Part shown: piece after piece, positions 24,381 through 36,950 of the stretch
How the letters are laid out: each line of letters begins with the position of its first letter
Position numbering within the stretch: the first letter of the stretch is position 1
Source: Octopus sinensis
Lineage: Eukaryota
Length of the DNA stretch: 64,000 nt
Direction of reading: 5' to 3'
NCBI RefSeq assembly: GCF_006345805.1
Contig: NC_042997.1
Span: forward strand, 171,554,001-171,618,000
The notes under the pieces: model-generated
The model's database searches: none
What the model was told of the DNA's origin: nothing
Seen by the model: the letters and a program-made list of their open reading frames with translations, nothing else
Position numbers and translations under genes: made by a program

Positions 24381-25365
24381 CAAGTATAACACTTGACCTC
24401 TGTTTGGCCATCATCATAATTAGCTAATACCTGTAATTCAAAAACAACGAAGGATATATCATAATCCTGCCCTAGAGGACACCCTAGAGGACATCTTTGC
24501 CTAACCCGGATGCACATGTAGAAATAAATCTAAATGTTTTCAACTAAAAGGGGTGGTAGTATTGAGAGAAGTAGCTGTATCAGGTGGTGAGAGGTTAAAG
24601 TGTGATAGAGGGACAGAAATAAGTGTCATACAGTAGAGGAGCTACATGTCTGCTCCAGATCAAGCAGTGAATGGTTGATACAATAGACTAGTGGAAAACA
24701 TGCCTCCCAGCATTAGTCTTTTACTTGTTTCAGTCATTTGACCGCAGCCATGCTGGAGCACTACCTTTAGTCAAGCAAATCTACCCCAGGACTTATACAA
24801 TAGACTAGTGGAAAACATGCCTTCAAGCATATAGTTATGTAACTTTTGTTTTCAGAGTTCAAATCTGGTTGATGTCAATTACTCTTTTACTTGTTTCAGT
24901 CATTTGACTGCGGCCATGCTGGAGCACCACCTTTAGTTGAGCAAATCGACCCCAGGGCTTATTCTTTGTAAGCCTAGTACTTATTCTATTGGTCTCTTTT
25001 GCTGAATTGCTAAATTACGGGGACGTAAACACACCAGCATCAGTTGTCAAGCGATGTTGGGGGGACAAACACATACACACAAACATATACACACATATAC
25101 ATATATATATATACATATATACGATGGGCTCTTTTCAGTTCCTGTTTACCAAATCCACTCACAAGGCTTTGGTTAGCCTGAGGCTATAGTAGAAGACATT
25201 TGCCCAAGGTGACATGCAGTGGGACTGAAACCGGAATTAATAAAATTATTAGTAAAATTAGTCAAATTATTAGAATCGCTTATCAATGTAATTGTTAGAT
25301 TGGACAAAATGTCCTCTGATATTTAGTTACATCCCTTTACATTCTGATTTCAAATCCTGCCAAAG

Positions 25366-25580
25366 TCAGCTAATGTTTTTAGTAGTAGTAGCAGTAGTAG
25401 TAACAGCAGCAGCAGTAACAGCAATAGCAGCAGCAGTATTAGCAGCAGCAGCAGCAGCAGCAGCAACAGCTATAGTAGCAGTAGTAGTAGTAGTAGTAGT
25501 AGTAGCAGTGGCGGCAGCAGCAGCAGCAATAGTAACAGCAGCAGTAGTAACAACAGTAGCAGTAGTTGTAGTAGTAGTAA

Positions 25581-25616
<36 letters not shown>

Positions 25617-25632
25617 TAGTAGTCATTTCGTG
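25366..25632 (-). CDS. Candidate terminal exon, Thr/Ala-rich (HEMTTTT...TKNIS*)
   Basis: Acceptor gtgatattgtatag, in phase with the donor at 25,843; could equally be a non-coding microsatellite. Confidence 0.2.
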
Positions 25633-25842
25633 CTATACAATATCACGTACCATAGTGAAGTATAATGAAATTGTTGGAGCTGTTCCAATATTTTCATGCT
25701 TGTGTAATGGATGTTAGATTAAGTCATAAAAACCCACAACTTTATCCAATATTCCAATATACATCCATATATCACCTGTTTGATTTATTTATTCATTTAT
25801 TTATTTTTGCATTATCAAAAGTTTGGCACTGTGTAACATTAC

Positions 25843-26392
25843 CTGACTGGTTTTTTTTTTTTTTGTAGTAGTAGTAGTAGTAGTAGCAGCAGCAGCAGCA
25901 GCAACAACAACTATAGTTGCAGCAGCAGTAGCAGTAAAAGTAGTAGTAGTAGTAGTGGGGGTGGGGTGGTAATAGTAGTAGTAGTAGTAGTAGTAGTAGC
26001 AGCAGCAGTAGTTTGTGTATCAGTAGTAGTTGTTGCTGTTTGTGCTGAAGTAGAAGTTATTGTGGTAGTAGTAGTTGTCAGTTGTGTAGTAGTAGTAGTA
26101 GCTTGTGTAGTAACAGTTTGTGTAGTAGTAGTTGTCAGTTGTGTAGTAGTAGTAGTAGCTTGTGTAGTAACAGTTTGTGTAGTAGTAGTTGTCAGTTGTG
26201 TAGTAGTAGTAGCTTGTGTAGTAACAGTTTGTGTAGTAGTAGTTGTCAGTTGTGTAGTAGTAGTAGCTTGTGTAGTAACAGTTTGAGTAGTAGTAATGGT
26301 GGTGGTGGTGGTGGCAGTGTTAGTAGTAGTCTGTAGTGTAGTTGTTGATTTTTGTCTGTATTTGCCTTGTTGTTGATTAATCCCGAGTGAAC
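25843..26392 (-). CDS. Candidate mucin-like Thr-rich exon with 4 x TQTVTTQATTTT(T)QLTTTT
   Basis: Acceptor tatgtttgtttactcaag, donor CAG|GTAATG; needs one extra base in the C-run near 25,957-25,967 to stay in frame. Confidence 0.3.
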
Positions 26393-28034
26393 CTTGAGTA
26401 AACAAACATAATCAAATATATATTCCAATTGTGACCTCCCCATCTGTTCAGATACAGTAGATTTCAGACTGTGTTACCAAATATGTCTTCAACCCTTTTC
26501 TGTAAGATGGTTCAATGTGTGATTTAAGGAAGTTCTTGACTATCACTTCTAGCAAGTCAAGTAACCATGTATATATGTTTCCTTGTCATCTCTCTCAGCT
26601 CTTGTTTCTGTTTAGCCCCAGATCAGCCCTAGTTTAGCAGATTTATGATCATCTATCACAAGCTATAGGACATAATGTCAAAGGTATTCCAGACATAACA
26701 GCCATGTATCACATCTTTTTTGATATTTTAGGGATTACATCATTGAACAAATGCTTCTTTTTCCTAAAATGGTAGGGTGCAATTTCAAGGAGATTTAGCT
26801 ACTATTTCTAGCAAATCAAATGACCGCGTGGAGACCTTCCCTTGATGGCTTATTGTTATTCCTCTTAGTTTTATTGTAGTTGTCAATTTTATTGTTCTAC
26901 ATAGCATTAGCAGTGAAACACCATTGTAGATGTTTGTTTTGATTTTCACCATCACCGTCATCATCATCATCACCATCACCATCACCATCATCATCACCAT
27001 CATCATCACGATCACCATCACCATCACCATCATCACCATCACCATCACCATCATCATCACCATCATCCACCATCATCATTATCGTCATCACCATCATCAC
27101 CACCACCACTACCACCACCACCACCACCATCGTCATCGTCGTCGTCATCATCATCATCATCATTTACCATCTGTTTTTCCATGCTGGCATGTGTTGGATG
27201 TTTTGACTGGATCCAGTGAACTACAGTGTTAGCTTCGGTATAGTTTCTATATCTAGATGTTTTTCCTGATGCCAACCATTTTACAGTGTATACTGGGTGC
27301 TTTTTTTTCCCCTTACTACCAGCACTAATGAGATTGCCAAGTAGCTTGCAAAACAGGAAAAGAACAGAGAAAAAGAAAAAGCAAAAGGCCCCATTGACTA
27401 AGGGCAGGGGAGAATATTTGAGTTGGGGAGGTGACTTCATGCCAAGTGTTGAATGGCTAAAGTATGATAGAGGGACAAGTATATTTTAACATGAATATAG
27501 TATCATCATCATCATCGTTTAGCGTCCGCTCTCCATACTAGCATTGATTGGATGATTTGACTGAGGTCTGACGAACCAGATGGCTGCACCAGATTCCAAT
27601 CTGATCTGGCAGAGTTTCTACAGCTGGATGCCCTTCCTAATGCCAACCACTTTGAGAGTGTAGTGGGTGCTTTTACGTGCCACTGGCATGAGGGCCAGTC
27701 AGGTGGTACTGGCAATGGCCATGCTCAAATGATGCTTTTTATGTGCCACCTGCACAGGAGCCAGTCCAGCGACACTGGCAACAACCTCGCTTGAATGTTA
27801 TTTTATCATGTGCCACCAGCACAAGGGCTAATAAAGTGACACAGGTAATGATCATGCTTGAATGGTGTTTTTAACGTGCCATCGGCACAGCTGCCAGCTT
27901 GTTGCTCTGGCAACGATCTCACTCATATGGTACTCATAGCATGAATTTGTTTCGCATGAATATAGCATCATTTATGAATTTGTTTTGCAAGATTCCTGAT
28001 GTGAAATTGTGTGTTGAAACAGATATTCATATAT

Positions 28035-28355
28035 TCAAAGATGGTCACTTTTTATTCTTGCCAAATAAACAGTCACGCTATATACTGTATTTGTTCTCAA
28101 TTCGTTTATTATTGTTCTTATTTTATCTTATGTCCATTGTCAGGAAATCTCTCTATGAGAGACAGAATGGACCAAACAGAACGAGAGGAAACATGTGGTT
28201 GAAAGAATTGCTGAAGGGGTCACAGATGTGTGATGAAAGATTTCCAGACAATAGAACATTAGGATAAAATAAGAACAATAATAAATAAGTGAAGAACAAA
28301 TATAAAGTGCATGTGTTTATTTGGTAACAAAAAAAGAAAAATGACCATCCTGAAA
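28035..28355. repeat. Imperfect inverted-repeat element (MITE-like, ~115-bp arms)
   Basis: gatggtca...ccaaataaac...tttattattgttcttattttatc...ggaaatct is mirrored at 28,238-28,355. Confidence 0.7.
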
Positions 28356-28660
28356 TATTACAATAATGAAAAAATAATTTTACTAAATTCTTTAATTATT
28401 TTCAAAATTAATTAAGGCAAAAAAAGTATATTTTAACATGAATATGGTATCAGAAGGTTAATATCATGTTTTTTTTCTTTTTTTTTGTGACTAATGTTCA
28501 AAAAGCTGGAATTTCTTTTAATCCTCATGATGCAAGTGTGGCTGTGTGGTCAAAGAGGCTGCTTCCCAACCACATGGTTTTAGGTTCAGTTCCCCTGCAT
28601 GTTACCTTGGACAAGTGTTGTCTACTAGTCCCAGGCCAAAAAAACCTTGTAACCCATCAC

Positions 28661-28661
<1 letters not shown>

Positions 28662-28691
<30 letters not shown>

Positions 28692-28837
28692 TGTATGTAT
28701 GTATGTATGTATGTATGTATGTATGTATGTATGTATGTATGTATGTATGTATGTATGTATGTATGTATGTATGTATGTATGTATGTATGTATGTATGTAT
28801 GTATGTATGTATGTATGTATGTATGTATGTATGTATG
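28662..28837. repeat. (ATGT)n tetranucleotide microsatellite
   Basis: About 40 perfect units directly after a SINE A head. Confidence 0.95.
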
Positions 28838-29383
28838 TGTTTGTGCATATGTATATATGTCATTGTTCAGTTTTATTTCAAGATTGCTTGCCAACAGAGA
28901 AAGAGCTGGTTTCTAATCTAGATCCAAGGCTCCTTCATTGGAATTCCAACAACATCAACAGGATATTTTTGTATGTATGTATATCTGCAGATTTGTATGT
29001 TGTTTATGAATGTCTTCTCATGCATATACTTTGCATATCTAGACATGCTCATATATGCTTAAATGATAAACTTCTGCAAATGGTGATGATGATGATGATG
29101 ATAATTAATTCACTGGCAAATTAATTAATTGTAATTCATTTATTTTTCTATAATCTTTTATGAAAATAAATTAGTTTTAATCAGAAAATATATTTGGACA
29201 GCAATCTTAGTTTCGGTCTTCCTCTTTGGCTTCTTTGTTAACCATTGTATACATTTTACACAAAAGTAATTAATGGAGGAGCATCTTTATGGTCACATAA
29301 TTCTCTGGAAATAGCAGTAGCATGCCTCTTAAATTCATTTTATTTGAATCTCTGTGATGCCGGATTTTTATACCCTAATAAAT

Positions 29384-29422
<39 letters not shown>

Positions 29423-29989
29423 TATAAAAGAATGTATAAAGATATATGCACAAAGAGAAGAACCATGACAGGACTTCTTACATGCTAAAAAGGACAGTTA
29501 AACCCAAACCACAAAGAAATAATTCTAAAGGCATGCCAATAATGGTACTCCTTTTGCTGAACTACACCGCTAAGTTATGGTGTTGTAAACAAACAAACAC
29601 CTGTTGTCGAGTGGTGGTGTGGAACAAACAAAGACACAAAGACACCCCCACATACATACACATATATCAGGGGCACATAATATAGGTGTGTTAGATGTGT
29701 GCTGCACACCCATTGAAAATGGCAAATTCATTATAAAACTTTTGTTATATCTCTGCTTGAAATTTGGTGGCATCGTGTGTGGCAACACACCCAATACAAC
29801 AACCACTACACCACTCCATATATTTATACTATGGGCTTCTTTCTGTTTGTGTCTACCAGATTCACTCACAAGGCTTTGGTTGCCCCAAGGCTCTTATAGA
29901 AGACTCTTGCCCAAGGTGCTACACAGTGGGACTGAACCTAAAACCACGTGGTTAGGAAGCACACTTCTTACCACACAGCCATGCCTGCA

Positions 29990-30039
<50 letters not shown>

Positions 30040-30064
30040 ATATATATGTATATATATGTATATA

Positions 30065-30156
<92 letters not shown>

Positions 30157-30829
30157 CACACACATTAGGGTAGTGGGCTGGCAGAATCGTTAGCACACCA
30201 GGTGAAATACTTAGTGGTAATTTGTCTGTGGTTACGTTCTGAGTTCAAATTCTGCTGAGGTCAACTTTACCTTTCATCCTTTCGGGGGTTGATTAAATAA
30301 GTACCAGTTTAAACAATGGGATCGATGTAATCGACATAATCACTTTGTCTGTTCTTGCTTGTCCCCTCTATGGTTAGCTCTCTGTGGGCAATAGAGAAAT
30401 AAATATATATATGCACGTATATGAGAGGGTGGAGGACATATTCCTCTAAATTGTTATTACAAAAAGTTTATATAGAATTATCTTCATGTTCTTGTGAGTT
30501 TTCAGTCACTTTATTGCATTACAGATTTCTATTCAAAAAATTATCAAAATGAGAGACAGAAAAAAATGTGTAAATCTATTTTGAAAAGATTACTAAATGT
30601 TTGAGCATGCATGCACATATGTGTGTGTGTGTGTGTGTGTGTAGACATATATTTGTATATGTTGTGCTTGTTTCAGTTTCAATCTAGCGAATCCAGTCGC
30701 AAGGCTTTGGTCAGCCCTGGGCTATATAGTAGAACACGCTTGTGCAAGTTGCCATTTCAGTGGGGAGTAAACCCAAAACTCTGTGGGGGTTGGGAAGTAC
30801 ACTTCTTACCACACAGCCATGCCTGCATC

Positions 30830-31340
30830 TGATGACGACAATGATGGCAACAACTATGACGATGATGATGACGACAATGATGATGATGACGACGATGATG
30901 ATGACAATGATGATGATGATGACAACCATGACGACAATGATGATGACAATGATGACGACAATGATGACAACAATGATGATGATGATGATGATGATGACAA
31001 TAATGACAATGATGATGACAATAATGACAATGGTGATGATGACAACGATGATGATGATGATGATGATGATGATGACGATGATGACAATGATGATGATGAC
31101 GATGACGACGACGATTATGATGATGACAATGATGATGATGATGATGATGACAATGACGACGACAATGATGACAACAATGATGATGACGACGATGATGATG
31201 ACGGCAACGATGATGATGATGATGACGATGACGACAATGATGATGACAATAATGACAATGGTGATGATGACAACGACGACGATGACGACAATGACGACGA
31301 TGACAATGATGATGATGATGATGATGATGACGATGAGTCA
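30830..31340. repeat. (GAT/GAC/AAT)n compound microsatellite
   Basis: Produces the poly-D/M/H ORFs; contains internal block duplications. Confidence 0.9.
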
Positions 31341-33374
31341 ATTGCATGAAGTCTTTAGATTTGATGAATAAAACCTGTTTTACCAATACATAGTTCTTAG
31401 CCAATGTTAAACATTTCTAACATAATTATGCATTGAGCACTATTCGTTATTTTTGCAGGAAAAAACCAAAACAAGCAAAATACATAAAGAAAAAGCCTTG
31501 GGAGATTTGGTTTAATTTGAAAATCGTTGAATTTGAGCTGCTTCATCTAATTTCTTTCTTTGAAATTCTGGTAGAGATGAAATATTTATGGCTTGAAATC
31601 TTCAAACATTGTGTAAGTCAATAATTCTCCGATAGCATCACTGAAGTGTGGCTGTGTGTGCAAATACAATTGTGTGTGTGTGTGTGTTGTGTGTGTGTAT
31701 GTGTTTGTGTATGTGCACGTGTGTATGTGCATGTGTGTGTGTGTGTGTGTATTACAAAATTACAAAACCTGAAATAGATTTTAAAATAGTTAAGCTACAG
31801 TTTTTAAAAACCGTAAACAGATGTAAGTATAGCTTGTTATTCTCTTTGCATGCTATAAAATAGAAAATGATTGTCTTGACATGTTTTATGGGTTTGTTGA
31901 TTTCTCACTAAGGACAAGTGTCGCCTTCATTCTCAATCATATGAATCACTATTTAAAGCAAATAAAAACATGACCTTGATATAAACAAGGCCACAATAAT
32001 AAAAAAAAAATGACCTTAGTACTTGAGGCTTGCTTAGTAATTGTGGCTATTAAAATAAAAATAATCATTTCTTCATAATATTTGGCAAGATTATAAATTT
32101 GAATTTGAAATTTGAAATTTAAGAATTATACAGGAAAACATGCACTGAATTCACATATTTGACTTTACTTCTGTTTCTTTATTATGAAAGTCAGTGGTAA
32201 TCATAAAGAACACGTAATTAAATAAATAATAAATATTTACACACAACATAGCATGTATTAGAAAACTTGAGATAAATTTTGAAGTAGTTAAACCTTTCCA
32301 GTGAAACTTCAAACAGAATATTACAGCTAGGTTCTGGTTTATGCTTCAATTAAATAGTGATTACTACAATTACTCTCAAGAATGAATGAAATATGTCAGG
32401 GAAATCTTTATTTTTTCTGTGTGCAAATAATAATGTTTAAAGTTCCACAGAGAAGGCTTTAAAATCTGCAGTGAACTAATTTAACTTTATATATATACTA
32501 GCAGTATTGCTCGGCTTTCTCTCTCATTCTCTATCTCACTCTCTCTCTCTCACTCTCTCTCCCCTCGGAAGACAAAGAATGACAGACAAAAGGATTAAGT
32601 TGATTATATCGACCCCAGTGTGCAACTGGTACAGTTTTTAATTGACCCTGAAATGATGAAAAGGAAAGCCGACCTCGGCGGAATTTGAAATCAGAATGTA
32701 ACTGAGTAAAGTTCACTATTCAATGCACGGGATAAGGCCTAAACAAACACATTATCGATCTTTGCACTTGCGAGATGAATTTCGGAACAGAAATAGTGCA
32801 GTTCAATTTTCATTCGCCTAAACTTTAAGTGACACATTTTTGGTGGTTCTATGATTTGTTGGCTAGGAGGAGATGTGCCGGGAAGTTAAACACACAGACA
32901 CATGCACAGATACACACACAGACACATAAGTTGAGTTTTATATATATATATATAGATGTATGTATGTGTCTTTGCATATGTATGTATGTGTATGTATGTG
33001 AGTATATATGCATGCATGTATGCATAAAGTCATCGAAGTAAAAGGGAACAGTTGATTAAGTCAACCCCAGTACTCAACTGGTACAACAATTCTGCCAGCT
33101 TGCTGCCTTACTGTTTAACATTTAAACTGATCATATCTGGCTAAAATATTCTGCCTGTTTTATTTTCAAACTGGCCAGATGCAGCCTCTCACACCAAACC
33201 TACAATATTATTCTAAAAATTAACAGTTACCTCATCAAACTCTCAAATCTACAAGATCATACATGATTAATTCAAAGCAACATGGACTAAATAAGCATTA
33301 TTTTAACAAAGCAATGTGACTGCTAAAGAATTGATATAATAATAATAATAATGATGATGATGATAATGAAATTA

Positions 33375-33630
33375 TTGTACACAGTGCTCAGGTGCACCAC
33401 AACTTGTCAAAAGTGTGTATAAAGCATATGCAGTAATGTACAAATGTCTGGAAAGTGAATAGTGTATGAGTCAGATACATGCTTGCGTGTGTATGGAGGG
33501 GAGAAAATCAGGTGTAGTGTTGGTGAATCTCAGGAATCATTGAAGTTTTGAAGGATGCAGTGCTCCGGTAACTAACAACTGATGCCGGCAGTTTGTTCCG
33601 TGCTTCAGCAACTCTTAGCAACATTCCTAA
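33375..33630 (-). mobile_element. CR1 LINE 3' end fragment
   Basis: Minus strand RVAEA.NKLPASVVSYRSTASFK-like C-terminus followed by a 3'UTR and tail. Confidence 0.7.
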
Positions 33631-33829
33631 ATGCTTCTTGTAGTGGACATTGGCAACAGGTCCACTTGTTGACCAGTGGAGTTAACCCATTCTGCAAGAA
33701 GCCAAAACGTATGTGCTCTGATTTCTAATATAGGCACAATGTCATATATTTTGGAGATAGAAGGATCTTGCTATTTATATTGGTTCAAGTACTTGATTAG
33801 TACTTTGTTTTATTGATCACTGTTCCCAA

Positions 33830-33880
<51 letters not shown>

Positions 33881-33981
33881 CACCACCACTTCCACCACCA
33901 CCACCACTACCACCACCACCACCACCACTACCACTACTACTACTACTACTAAATTCTATCTTTGCTACATTCACTACTTAC

Positions 33982-34012
33982 CTTCATCCACAAATGTCTT
34001 GAGAATAGACAC
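33982..34012 (-). CDS. Candidate 31-nt internal exon (VSILKTFVDE, or VYSQDICG-TGA in another frame)
   Basis: ccattttttcttag|GTGTCT...GATGAAG|gtaagt: both splice sites near consensus, in unique sequence. Confidence 0.45.
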
Positions 34013-34076
34013 CTAAGAAAAAATGGATTGTTTCACTGAAAATAAATGGTAAATGTGATGGATGAGTATGCACACA

Positions 34077-34115
<39 letters not shown>

Positions 34116-34837
34116 ACACACACATACAGAGAGAGAGAGAGAGTGTGTGTGAGAGAGAGAGAGAGAAAGAAAGGGAGAGAAAATCCATGCTTTACATGGA
34201 TATTCAGTCTCAAAACTTCCCTGTTTTCTTGGGAAGAACTGCTTTTATCATATTGGAATTCACTGAATAATAGTTTGCCAAATTTGTAAAGATTTTTTTC
34301 TTCAAATTTTCTGGAACAGCTGTTCACCATTCCTGCCATTTTGTATGTTAAACAATAGCAACTTTAGCAACTTTTCACAAGTCAGTGAACTCAATTGTTA
34401 ATACACAAAATCTATGATATTTTTCTTAGCCAAAATTGCTGTGTTTATCTATACTGAACATACAAATACGTGAATAGTTTCTCATAGGTTTCTGCAATGA
34501 GTATTCCAATTACTCAATCAAATAGAACTACATATTAGTGTCAAAATTTGGCACAAGGCCAGCAATTTCAGGGGAGGAGTTAAGTCAATTACATTGACCT
34601 CAGTGCTCAATTTATGCTTAATTTATCAACCCTGATAGGATGAATGACAAAGCTGACCTCAGGGGAATTTGAATTCAGAAAGTATAGACAGATGAAATGC
34701 CACTAAGCATTTTTTCCCCAGCATACTAATGATTCTGCCAGCTCACCACCTTAAAATGGAATTACATATTAACTGAATTATAATGTAAGCAGCTTGGTAT
34801 TCCACCTGGCATACTATGAGCTGGTGAATTGTATTTA

Positions 34838-35730
34838 TGAGGCGGTGTCAAATGGTTCATGGACTAGTTATGATTAATAAAAAATAACTTGTTTACTTAT
34901 GTTTTAACTGCATCTCCTTCAAAATAGTTACCTTGCACAGCAATACACCAGTTCCGGTGTTCCTGCTACTTTTGGAATCCAGTTTGTAAGTCGTTTTTGT
35001 AAGCAAGTTGAGGATCTTCTGTGATTCGCTCTGGATTTCAAAAACAGTGTTAAAACAGTAACCATTGATTTGCATTTTCATCTTGAGCAAGAGACGGAAG
35101 TCTGCAGGTGCTAAATCTGGTGAATAGGGTAGGTGCGGAAGTGATACCATGTTGTTTTTGGCAAGGAACTCATGAGTTAAGAGTACTCAGTGACAGAGTG
35201 TATTGTCATTGTGAAGAATCCAATTCTTCATATTCCACAGATTTGGTTGATTTTGCTGAAAGTTCTCCTTCAAATGCTTCAAAACATTGCAGTAGAACTC
35301 TCAGTTGATGGACTGACCCTGGAAGATGAATTCTCGATGCACAATATCACATTTTCAGTAGGACTTCCAGATCACTCATCATCTTCCAGTGATGTTCTCC
35401 CAGTGATGTTCAAGTGCCTGTGCCACTTGAAACATTGTGAACGGCCCATTGCCTTGTTGCTCTAAGCTTGCTATCTATGTAGCAGACTTCCCAAATTTAA
35501 TGCAAAATTTCACATTGGCTTTTTGTTCCCTTCCATGACAAAATCGCAGACTACAGCATAAACATGATCACAAAAACATAAATTTCACAACTTGTGAAGT
35601 AAACAGAGTGATGTCACTCAGTACTTTGCCTCATGAAGGACACTGCTAGCTCTCACTGTGCATGCAGCTGTGTGCTGCCATCTATTGGGTCACTGTAGAG
35701 CTAGTCCTGGAAAGTTTTGATACCACTCAT
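34838..35730 (-). mobile_element. Internally deleted mariner transposon
   Basis: PH.PYSPDLAPADF and GRTSLEDDE.SG.P motifs; degenerate TIRs; extra TIR-like copy at ~35,840-35,866. Confidence 0.85.
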
Positions 35731-35903
35731 TATTTTGTTGACTATTTATGAGCATATATCTAAGCAAGGTGACTATTTTGAAAGAGATAATGTTAAAATT
35801 TAGGTAAATTAGTTATTTTTTTTATTCAAACATTACTAACCCAGGAACCTTTTGATACCACCTTATATATGTGTGTGTGTGGGTGTGTGTGTGTATATAT
35901 ATA

Positions 35904-35954
<51 letters not shown>

Positions 35955-36950
35955 CGTGACCGTTACCAGAGCAACAAACTGGCTTCCATGCCGGCGGCAT
36001 GTAAAAAGCACCATTCGAGTGGGATTGTTACTTGCGTCCCCTTACTGGCACTTGTGCTGGTGGCATGTGAAAGAACATTTGAGCGAGGTCGTTGCCAGCG
36101 CTGCTGGACTGGCTCCTGTGTAGGTGGCACATAAAAAGCACCATTTGAACATGGCCGTTGCCAGTACTGCCTGACTAGCCCTCGTGCCGGTGGCATGTAA
36201 AAGCACTCACTACACTCTCAGAGTGGTTGGCGTTAGGAAGGGCATCCAGCTGTAGAAACTCTACCAGATCAGATTGGAGTCTGGTGCAGCCATCTGGTTC
36301 ACCAGACCTCAGTCAAATCGTCCAACCCATGCTAGCATGGAAAGTGGACGTTAAACGATGATGATGATGATATATATATATATACATACACACACACAAG
36401 GTGAAGTCAAAAATTATCCACACTTTCGCCATAACATCTTTATTGTTGTCTTCTGCATATGCATGCTTATAATTGGTACTATTGTGGTCACATGAGCCTG
36501 GCTAGGCTTCAAAAGGGTGCATAAATAAATAAATATATAAATGAGGTTTCTCTAAAGCATATACCATATTTGGCAGCATATAAGACATGATATTTTAATT
36601 CATAAATAAATGAAGAAATTACCCTGTGTCTAATGTGGCTTCATTACATATGGGAGACTGAGTTTCATCGGCAAAAGAGAGATGGATAAGCATGAGTCTG
36701 ATAGGCACAATAATTATTACTTATGATAAAATATTGGTTTCAAATTTTGGCGCAAGACCTGCAAGCTCAAGGGAGGGGACAAATCAGTTATATTGATGCC
36801 AGTGTTCAACTGCCACTTATTTTATTGACCCTAGAATGATGAAAAGCAAAGTCAACCTTGGTGGAATTTGAACTCAGAATGTAAGGATTGAGAAAATACT
36901 GTTAAGGATTTTGCCTGGCATGTTAATGATTCTGCTTGCTCACTGCCTTT

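Noticed and set aside
29482-29524. Minus-strand exon candidate ELFLCGLGLTVLFS
   Set aside because: T-rich short segments are often open by chance; no downstream phase-2 partner found.
30783-31349. 188-aa Asp-rich ORF resembling an acidic biomineralisation protein
   Set aside because: The start lies inside a SINE head, three or more frames are open, and no splice signals frame it.
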